Shown here: positions 31,678 to 42,000 of the stretch, one piece after another
Numbering within the stretch: position 1 is the stretch's first letter
Layout of the letters: each line of letters begins with the position of its first letter
Translations under genes and position numbers: made by a program
Assembly: GCA_033442325.1 (NCBI GenBank)
Contig: JAWQFM010000009.1
Span: 385,346 to 449,345, forward strand
Reading direction: 5' to 3'
From: Salpingoeca rosetta
Lineage: Eukaryota > Protista > Choanoflagellata
Length of the DNA stretch: 64,000 nt
The notes under the pieces: model-generated
What the model was told of the DNA's origin: nothing
Databases searched by the model: none
The model's input: only the letters and a program-made list of their open reading frames with translations

Positions 31678-32012
31678 GTCTGTGTGTGTGTGTGTCTTTG
31701 TGTCTGCGAACCTCTGTACCTGCGTACGTGTGTACCTGCGTACCGCTTGTGTTTCTTCCTGTCTCTGTCTCTCCAGCAACGCGACGCTTCTTTACTGTTC
31801 TGTGAATTTCCAAAGACGCGACCTCACGCAACCTGCCTACAATTCACACATCGCTTCCCTGACCATCCAATCTCCATTATTCTGCTCCAATCACCGCTGT
31901 GGCTACAGGCGAGCTGCGCTTCCCCGTGTGGGGTGCAGTGACGACAACAGAGACCCGGCTCATCCCAGGATCAGGCTTCTCATCCTACGACCATCGCAGG
32001 TGTGTATGGAAG

Positions 32013-32045
<33 letters not shown>

Positions 32046-32554
32046 GTCTGTGTGTTTACATTCCCAGGCTTCCGTCTTCAACTACACGCACAATCACATG
32101 CACATACGCACTTCTTACTTCCGGCCCCCACCTCTTCCGGCTGCCACCACGACACCGCCAGATATGAAAAGCAGATGTTCTACTTCAACACGCACCGCCG
32201 CGTCGCACGCTACCACCACCCACTCATTGGAACAGAAGGTGTGCACGCACAAGTGCCAACCTACATACATGCATACACACCACTCACTCACACTCCACAC
32301 TCACACCCCACACTCGCACTGCATTTTGGTACACGCATCACCTCGCACCCTCTATCCTCTCCACCTCTCTCTCTCTCTCTCTCCACCTCTCTCCCTCAAC
32401 CACCACTTGTCTTCCCTTTGTTCGCCAGGCCTTGATCACTGCTACGACTGCAAGGCCGAAGCAGAGATTCTGCTTGCGTTTTGCAGGAAGCACCGCCACC
32501 TCGATGGCGACGACGCTGTCAGGGCTGCTGCCCGCCTCTCCGTCAGGTGCGGAC

Positions 32555-32590
<36 letters not shown>

Positions 32591-33168
32591 GGGTGGGTGG
32601 GTGGGTGTGTGTGGGTGGGTGGGTAGGTGTATGCCTGCCCCGAGCCCTCACAAACACATTTACGCGCGCTCGTGAACAGGATTTCGCGCTCGCTCGGATC
32701 ACGAACGCTGCAGGATCCAAATCCAGACCCGGACGCGCTCAGAGAAAAGATCGTAAGTCCACTCACTCACACGCACACTCACACGCACACTCACACTCAC
32801 ACTCACACTCACACTCACACTCACACTCATGTGTACTTCAGCAACGGGACAAGGCCCGCAAGCGAACGCACCAGCAAGCTGATTCCGCGTCATCGTCGGC
32901 ACCAGCAACGAAACGGCCGCCACCAACGGCTTCACATCAGCACCACGACCACCAATACCACCATCACCAATACCACAACCACGACCACCAATACCAAGAC
33001 CACGACCACGACCACCAATACCATCACCAACAGGCGCAGCCGTCTGATGCCGCGTACGCCCAAAGCGACGAAGGCCAGCCAAGTGACGCGTATCACGACC
33101 ACCACGACCACCACGACAACCATGACCACCATAACGACGACGATGATGATTATGCGCAACAAGGATGA
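29257..33168 (+). CDS. WW domain + VP39-like (PARP_regulatory family) cap 2'-O-methyltransferase fold, probably catalytically impaired; His/Asp-rich tail
   Basis: Phase-consistent exons: 29257-29395, 29768-29874, 30011-30122, 30622-30767, 30939-31001, 31199-31294, 31428-31554, 31909-31999, 32162-32238, 32429-32546, 32680-32752, 32842-33168. WW domain: [29 protein letters not shown]39-family motifs: [80 protein letters not shown]. Confidence 0.85.
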
Positions 33169-33592
33169 GGGTGGCTTCAACACGATCATGTTCAAACACA
33201 CAGGGGACACCAGCACGAGCAGAACGTGACGTGTCGTCCTTGGCAGGCTTGCCATTGTCACCACCACCGCTACCGTCACCATCACCATCACCATCACACC
33301 ATCAACACCACCGCCACCATCGCTACACCCACGTTGACTGTATGTGTGTTGGTCTATTGATGTTGTCTACAAAATCAGATGCCTAACCCTATGCTGCGAG
33401 TGTAGCAACTCACTCGCAGTGTGTGTTTGGGTGTGCAAACCCTGCCACATGTTGCTACGCGTTTTGTTTCGTTGCACCTTGTCTGTCACGATGCTGCTGC
33501 CCGCTCAGCAATCCGCGCTTGATTCAGCGTTCGCATTCTGCCATTAACAACCAACAAACCAACCAAGCCAGGAACGCAGTGAGCCAAACAGA

Positions 33593-33641
<49 letters not shown>

Positions 33642-33984
33642 CACATAACCAAGAACTGACACACACACACACACACAACCACGAGCATAGCAAACATCCG
33701 CACCACAACGATGAAGTGATACACACTCACGTCATGTCTGAATGTCAAGTGATCGATTGCTCCTGGGTGGATGGAGGTGGCTGCGTTGCCAGAGAAGCAA
33801 GAAGAGGCGTGCTGCGTTGAAAAGTTTGAGAGTGGGGCTGTGCAGTTTGACATGTGTGCGTGCACGTGCATGTTACAGTCACGTTTGTGAGAAATGGCGC
33901 ACAGTGCATTGTCAACCGGTACCTGGTGTGAGTGTGCGCGAACATGTGTTTCGCGTTCAAAAGCAGGAGGGGTTCACGTGATGT

Positions 33985-36900
33985 CTACTTCACTCGCTCT
34001 TTCTTCAACAGACCTTCCGTGTAGTATCGTAGCCAGGCCGCTGCCTCCAAGCAATCCTTTGCCTCTGCCACCTGCAGTGGCGTCATCCCCGTGTAGTTTG
34101 GGCTCTTGGTAAACCCTCTGACCTCAATTGGTTTCAGTGACTGGCGAATCACTTCCAACACCTGATTGAAGGGAAAGGCATATGCAGAATGTGGCGGCGT
34201 GTGAGAAGGCAACGCCGAAGCAAGCGGAAGTGTGGACACAACACAGATACACGCATGCGTCCACGTTCACAAGCACATACTAGCAACCGTAAAGCGTCTT
34301 GCACGCACATTGGCCCCAGCAACAAACACAACATCTAATCACGCCCCCACCACCACCAAATACGGTCACTCCACCTCCATCACCACTCAATAGCGCCACT
34401 CCACCTCCACCTCCACCAACACCACCAAGCATACCACCATTCCCACCACCACCATTCCCACCACCACCATTCCCACCACCACCACCAAGCATACCACCAA
34501 GCATACCACCACCATTCCCACCACCACCACCACCACCACCACCACCTCCTCCTCCTCCTCCTCCTCCTCCTCCTCCTCCTCCTCCTCCTCCTCCTCCTCC
34601 TCCTCCTCCTCCTCCTCCTCCTCCTCCTCCTCCTCCTCCTCCTCCTCCTCCTCCTCCTCCTCCACCGCGCCAGCTCACCAGCACGGCGTTGCCGCGAGCA
34701 GCAATGTGCACAACAGTGTCGCCGTGGCGTGCGCGCAATGACAGATCGGCACCGCAACCAAGGAGAATGTGGAAGCTCAAGCTGTCATTCATCGCAGCTG
34801 CCCACTGCACAAGGTCCAAGTGATGGTGAACGGAATGGTGCATCAATACAAGCCATGCACTGGAAGCACAGACCTCAATTCAAGCACGGCCCCACAACAC
34901 GTCCAAACATACGTGCACACAAACACGCACACGCGCACGCACACACACACACACGCACATACACACACATGCACACACATGCACACACATTTACGCGCAC
35001 TCACACAAGGATCAAACCCAATGTGCAGTGTAATCATCACGCACACAGCAGCCTCCATCCCCCTCATCCTGCGCTTACGTGCAAAGCGTTGCGACGGTGA
35101 ATGTCTCGTTGCTCGTCAAAGTCGTAGGCCTGGTTGCGAATGGGAATCACCTCAATGCACCGCGGATTACCCTGTACAAGAGCGAACGACACGCACGTGG
35201 AACACGTTCAGAAAGGATGTGAGCTTGCACAAGTCTGAGTCCTTGCGCTTGCAGCGCTTGCACGTTGTACGCATGCAAGTTTGTACAATGAACAGCTCAC
35301 CGCACACGCAATGCGCACGCAGATATGACGTATCAACAGATGCACGATGACGCAAACACACACACGCACACACACGCACGCACACGCACACACAAACATA
35401 CGTAGATCACGGAGAGAATGAGCGCATCTTGCCCAAGGCTGTTTTGCACGCGAATGTCACACGATGGCTGCGCACACAAGTACGAGACAATCTCGACATG
35501 GCCTGTGGTCATGTTCGATACATGTGTTGGGTACGTGAATGCGTGAAAGCCTTGTGGAGGCGTACACATAGGCCCAAGAGTACGTGTATGCAAGTATGTG
35601 TGCACACAATTGCATGCACGTGGCACAATTGCGAAGCAAGCTCTGCGGTTGTCACGTAGTTGGTTTGAAATGCACATTCACCCATGCAAACTTTGCTGAG
35701 AACAATAGCACCAACTGCAGCAACGCCAGCAGCAGCAGCAATAGCGTACCTTGCGCAACAGCAATGTGGAGGCTGGTGTTGCCGTTCTCAGATTGTGCGT
35801 TCACATCGGCGCCGTGTCTGGTGTTAGTGTTCCAGAGAGCAACAAGACAGTGTGAAGAAGATGGGTGAAAGAGTGTCACAAACTGTAACATGAACACATG
35901 TGCTGTGGGGCTTTGTCGCGCCCGCACCAACAGCACATCAACAGCACATTAACAGCACGTTAACGGCACGTCAATGCGCCAAACTCGTTGGGCGTGCATG
36001 CTTCCGTTGCATTCCTAGACAGTTACATATATACACCTCCATACGCAACTGCTTGGACGCACGACAACCACTCCCGCCAATGCACCACTCCACCAACCTT
36101 CCTCACCCAACTCACATGACGAATCATGTTGGAGCCTTCCACTTACCGAACAAGCCATTGCGTGGTCTCAACATTGCCTACTCTTACAGCCAGGTGCAGC
36201 AGCGTTTCCTTGTTGTCTGCACACCACTGTACATCCGGAACCTTCTCATGATGCACCAGTGCTCTGATGTTGGTGAAGCGCATGAAGGCACGAAGTGGAC
36301 AGGACAACGTGTGGAACTATGAGAGCAGGCGTCGTGTTCAAGACACCCCCGAGACGAGCTGCTGCTTGTACCATTATCAAGACAACAACCGATAGGACAC
36401 ACACAAGCAAGCAAACACGCAACACAACAAGCAAACACACAATACACACAACAAGCAAACACGCAACACACACAGTACGCAATACACACAACACAATACA
36501 CACAACACACGAGCAAGCAATCTGCAAACGCACACCTGCACACACCGCAAGGTCCGCATGTCGTTGTTGATGATAGCAACGGCGATGGTGGTTGGATGCA
36601 CGACAACCGAGAAGGTGTCGTTTGAGAACGACGATGCCAATGATAGAGAAGAGGAGAGCTCTTCATCGCCGTCTTGGTCGCTGCTGGGGTGATCGCTGCT
36701 CCCGCCACTGCCACTGCTTCCATCGCCACCACTGCTGTACGTCCGGGATGAGATAGCGGTGATATGGCTGCGATGGCACCCGGCACGATCGACGTCTGTA
36801 TCCATCACCTCAGCAGTCATGTCAGCCCTGAGCAACCCGTGATCTTGGTAGCTGTGAGGCTGTTGCTGCTCTCCCAAATTGCCGTGCTCTGTGTGTAAAG

Positions 36901-38665
36901 CAAACGTGCCGATGCTTGCATTCAGCGTCTGCAGAGGCAGCTGTACCTGCTCGCAAGACCGGTGTGTAAAGTCGAGTGTATCAAGCTCATCAATGCCAAG
37001 AAAGGGTAACACGCCACTGGGCCCGTGGCCATCATCAACATCGATGCACCCCTCACCGCCGCCATGCGCAAGCGTGCGCGCATATTGGGCCTCAAGAAGC
37101 GAGTTGCCTGGGGAAGGTGGCTCAAACCCCCACGACTCGGCGGTGGCGTCAGTGTTGCCTTCGGGTAGAAACGACGAAGGCGCCGTGGCAAACGTGTGCA
37201 CGTCCCCTGGCAGAGAATACGGTGGCGGCGCTAGTGGTGCAGGTGTTGATGGTGGGCCCCCTTTCGTCTGCACAGGAGGTCGGGGTGGTTCTCCCTGGAG
37301 AACAAGCCAAGCCAGCACAAGTCAATATGAGCTTGTTGTATCGTGGATGCGTGTGAATATATTTGATGTCCACGAGTACGCAAACGCTGCCACGTCAAAG
37401 CATGAATGACAACGTCGACACACGCACTTGCACGCACGCACACACACACACACACACCACACGCACACGAACAAGCAAATGCTCACACACGCGCGCGTAC
37501 ACCACCCACACAACATAACACAACACAACACGAACACAACACGAACACAACACGAACACACACAAACAATACACACATGCACGCCCTTCGTATGCACCTC
37601 GCCCGCGGCAATAGCCAGGGCTTGCATTGCCGGTGTGGTGATGGCAGTGGCCTTGTGACGCCCAGCTCGAGAACGCCACAGAATGGTGGCCAGGGTGAGC
37701 ACACCGACGATTAATGACGCAATGCTGATGCCAATGGCAACGCCAAGAAACGAATGTGCCGAAGGGGAGGACGCTGCATCATCACCATCAGTTCCATCCT
37801 GCATTGACACTGTTGACGGCATGACGGTCTGCATACGCGTAGTCGTTGTTGCTGTTGCTGTTGCTGTTGCCATCATCATCATCGTCGTCGTCATCATCGT
37901 CGTCGTTGTTGTTGCTGCTGTTGCTGCTGTTGCTGTTGTTGTTGTTGTTGTTTCAACTGTGGACGTGGTTTGACAGCTGCCTTCAGGACAGTTGGTTGGT
38001 ACCGTGGCTGTTGCCGTCGACAATCCACCGCGTGGTACTGGCGTTTGTGTGGGCAGTGGCGTTGTCGTCGTTCGCTGAGTGGCCACACTGCTGTCATGGC
38101 CCGAGCCTCCTCCCGAGCCGGAACCGCTGCTGCCGGAGCCACTACCATCCCCTTGAAAGGGCAGTGTCGTGGTGACAAGAGGTCTTGTGGTCAGGGACAT
38201 GACCAACTTCTCTGTCGTTGAAGATTTGGCGGCTGGTGTGGTCACATTCACAGCTTGAGTGTGACCTGCAAACTGCGCGAGCGTGTACGTTGTGCTGGTG
38301 GTGGTCGTCCTCGTCGTTGTTGTTGATGTGGTGGTAGTCGTCCTCGTTGTGGTGGTGAGGGGCGAAGACACTCGCTGAAGCAAGGGTTGAACACCAATTT
38401 GGACCATTGTTGTTGTCGTGGCAGTGGCTGGTGCCGTTGTGAGCGATGACAAGGATGACAAGGCTTGCAGAGCACGACCTCCTTCGAGACCAGCTTCATC
38501 CGGTGCGCTTGCGGCAAGCACACCAGCACCATGTTCTGCAAGGAGCACAACGACGCACAGCGACAGGGTTGCAACCCAGACCAAGCTCTGTGCCCCTCCC
38601 ATCGCCCTCTTCAGCGCCCTCTGTTGTTGTTGTAGTAAGCGATGGGCGAGTCGGCGTCGTGCCAT
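33985..38665 (-). CDS. Type-I membrane protein: signal peptide - Thr-rich mucin/Ser-Gly ectodomain - TM - PPxY - ~6-7 ankyrin repeats (Notch-ANK-like)
   Basis: Phase-consistent exons: 37598-38665, 36546-37294, 36147-36263, 35750-35817, 35402-35502, 35079-35171, 34679-34804, 33985-34161. Signal LVWVATLSLCVVVLLA; TM FLGVAIGISIASLIVGVLTLATILW followed by basic RSRAGRHK. ANK motifs: ETLLHLAV, GADVNAQSENGNTSLHIAV, GQDALILSV, RNALHWAAAMN, GDTVVHIAA, GMTPLQVA. Alternative start at 38602. Confidence 0.85.
34420..34661. repeat. (CCA)n/(CCT)39 intronic repeat
   Basis: Pure CCT from 34545 to 34661, preceded by degenerate CCA units; lies in the last intron of the ankyrin receptor. Confidence 0.95.
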
Positions 38666-39070
38666 ATCGGCGACCAGAACGAACCGACACATTGCAAAAA
38701 TGCAACTTCTGTGCATTTTGACAACGGTCCTTCACTACAAGGATTGTACATGACGGGTCATCACACCCAACGTGCAAAACGAGGAGGGAGGCAACAAGGC
38801 CACCCACAACCTCCGCACCGTTTAAACGTTTGTTTGGTGACTGGTTCATTCATTATTATGTTAGGCCCTAAGCTCAGTCAGCACGAATGTTTACTTCTCA
38901 ACGCTGGACAATAGCCAAACACCTGGCACAAACATAAGGCAGACAGACTTGCGCACACCACGCAAACACACACGCACAAACAACACTCACTAATCTCTGT
39001 ATGTGTTCCAAATTTCATCCAAGTCCCATCTGCTGCGACATCATCACCATATCACACACCAAAGGCCAAA

Positions 39071-42000
39071 TCACAAGTGATCCTTCAGTGCGACGCCCCA
39101 GCTTTCCACGTGCGCGATCAGCTTGTGAACCTCCGTCTCCACACTCGAATCCGTGTCTGTACCAGCACACAACAGCAACAGCAATGAACACGGTGAGCAC
39201 GGTGAGCGCGGTGGGCAGAATCAGACATCACAACACCATTCCAGACATGGAAAGTCGGACAACGCACGGAAGCAAACCCCCACACACGCACGCACGCACA
39301 GCCACGCAAACAAACAAACACACACACAGCCAAATACACCCACACACACATCCACACACACGCACCTTCAAGAAGTTCGGTAAGGACGGAAATGGTCTCC
39401 GGAAGCAAAGACAGAAGCTCCTCGCCCATGCGCTCGTACAAGGCCTGCATCAGTTTGACGGCACCCAAACGCACTGTCGCCTCGGGGTCGTGGCACTTTG
39501 AAATAATCAACCTATTCAACTCGCGAAGCTGGTTCTCCTCGCCACCCTTGTCCGCAAGCTCAACAATGCACGGCACAACGTCGCCCAGCACGCGCTGCAA
39601 GTACTCCTCCTGACTCTCGCTCACAGAGCCCACACGGCTCACGTCCTCGTCCTCCCCCTCATCGTCCTCGTCGTCGCTGCCATCGCTACTGTCTGCGTCG
39701 GCATCGCCAGCACCCTTGGCCGAGACGCCGCCCAGCACCTCGAGCGCATACGAGTGCACGTCAAGCTGCGATGTGAGCGCCTCTGCAAGCACAGAGAAGC
39801 GCTCCGGCGTCACAAAGCCGTCGCGGTCGTTGGCAAAGCACAGCGACAGCGCGCCGCACACGTACTTGACCATGTCGGGGCCGTCTGGGCCAAGGCGCGT
39901 CAGGCACTTGCCCTGGTTCGTCAGAAACTGCACAAACGTGCGCAGCAGCGTGGAGAAGTATGACACAAACACGTGGCGGAGGCGGCTGGCAAGCTCCTGC
40001 ACCAGGCGCGCCAGCGTCACCACGCGTGACGCCGTGGAGGCTGAGGACGACGACGACGGCGTGGCGCTCGTGACGCTGGCAGACGCCCAGTCAACCAGTC
40101 GCACAAAGTAGGGGCGGAAGGACTGGTCTGACATGTGCAGCACCATCGCGCACACGCACGAGATGGCGCTGCCCTCCACCAGCACAATCGCCTCGCGCAC
40201 CTCACCCTCGCTCTCCTCCTCATCCTCGTCTTCACCCTCCTCGTCGCTGCTGTCGTCGCCGTCTGCACCGGCCTTCTTGCTTGCCTGCACCTGGTGCATC
40301 CGCCGCTGCGAGCGGAACTGCAGCGCTGTGGCAAAGAAGCGGAACAAGTGTGCGGCCTGGCGACCAACGGCCTCGGCCGAGCTTGCGGCAATCGTCTGCT
40401 CCACCATGCCAAGCAGGGCGCGCAGGCTGTCTGCAAGCTCGCCAACAGTGCCCTTCTCGCGTGCAACATGCACCTGGCGGTAGCAGCCGGGCACGGCCTC
40501 CACAATGTGGCGGCACGACACGCGCTTGGCAAGCAGCGTGCGCAGGGCAATGGCCTTGCCCACCAGCGCCTCTGGCAAGGGTGAATCACGACGCGTGCAC
40601 ATGAACGGATGCACACAGGCCACGATAAATGGCTCCAGCACCTTCTGCGTGAGCATGGGCGCAAACTGCTGCACGCACACCGTGGCCAGGTCCAAGCAGG
40701 ACTGCAGCATCAGCATGGCCTGCGAGCGCACGCCCGACGACAGCCGGCCTTGGTCGGCGCTCGTCTCCCCGGCGGCAGCGGCAGCCTCGTCACGCTCTAC
40801 CAGCGCAATGGTGGACGTCAGCACGTGCACCACCTTGCGGATGAGCGGCGGGAAGTGCGGCAGGAGCTTGAGGCCAAGCACGCTGCCAAGCACAGCAAAC
40901 GACGCCATGCACGTCGCCACCACGGAGAAGGTGCGCGTGCCCTTGGACACGTCAATCATCGACAGAATGCCCGCAGCATGCTCCACAAACATGTCGGGCT
41001 CCTCGGCAGCATAGCGCGCCGCCATGACAGCAATCGCATGCGCTGCACCCTGTGCAAGCTTGATCTGGCGATCATCGGGCACGTGCGTCGTCGCCGTTGC
41101 TGTGTTCGTTTCCGTTGCCGTTGCCGTTGCGCCTTCGTCTTCGGCGTCAACGCTGCCGCTCTGCTGCTGCGCTAGCGCCGCAAGCACAGGCAACATGGGC
41201 ATCACCGTCTTGAGCTCGTGCGCGGTGACGGCCGTCTTGTGTCGGGCCACAGCCTCCACACGGGTGGCAATCATCTCCACGGCGTGCTGCTGCGTGGCAA
41301 CGTTGTCGCTGCCGAGCAGGCGCAGGCACACCGCAACAAAGTCGTCCAGGGCCAACACGGCGTACGCGTTGTGAATGACCTTGCTCGCGTCGTTGCGCAG
41401 GCGGCGCCAGTACTCGGCCGTGCCCGCAGGGTTCTTGCCAGCAGAGCTGCTCGCACGTGCACGCTGCTGGCTCGTCTGCTTGGCGGCCTTCTTTGCCGCC
41501 TCCTCGTTCATCACAGCCGCCTCCCGAGCCTGCGTGCGGTACAGCCCGCCAAGCTCCAGCGCAAGCTCGGCAATCTGCAGGTTGAGCTTGTGCACGATGG
41601 CTCGCCTGCTCCTGGCCGCAGCCGCTGCATCGATGGTGGTGCTGCTGGCCTTCTCATCAGCAGCCTCATCGTCGCTGCCGTCCTCTTCGTCGGCGCTGTC
41701 CGCGTCGCTCGCCGTGTCCATGCGTGCCTCGGCGTCCTTGCGTGCGTGCTGCTGCTCCAAGGCGGCGAGCTGCCGCAGCACACCGCGCGACGCCACGTGA
41801 CGCAGCACCTGGTTCACCAGCAGGTACCGCCAGTGGCGCACGTGCTTCGGCTTGGTGGCCTTGCCCGATGTCATGCGCGTGACGAGCCAGCGGAGCTGCT
41901 CTGCGTCCCAGTGCTCCTCGTCGCTCTGCTGCGCCGCCGTGGCCCCAAACAGCTGCTGGTACTGCTGCTGGGAGCCTGGTGTGCTGCTGCTGCTGTTGCC

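Noticed and set aside
29257-33168. Endogenous giant-virus insertion, or a PCIF1/CMTR1 orthologue
   Set aside because: The gene has 11 host-style introns and no viral neighbours. It has no NPPF (PCIF1) or G-patch/CMTR1 motifs; the motifs are VP39-type.
36546-38665. Calling the ankyrin receptor a true Notch orthologue
   Set aside because: No EGF, LNR, NOD or RAM (WxP) motifs; only the TM+ANK layout and the ANK sequence resemble Notch.
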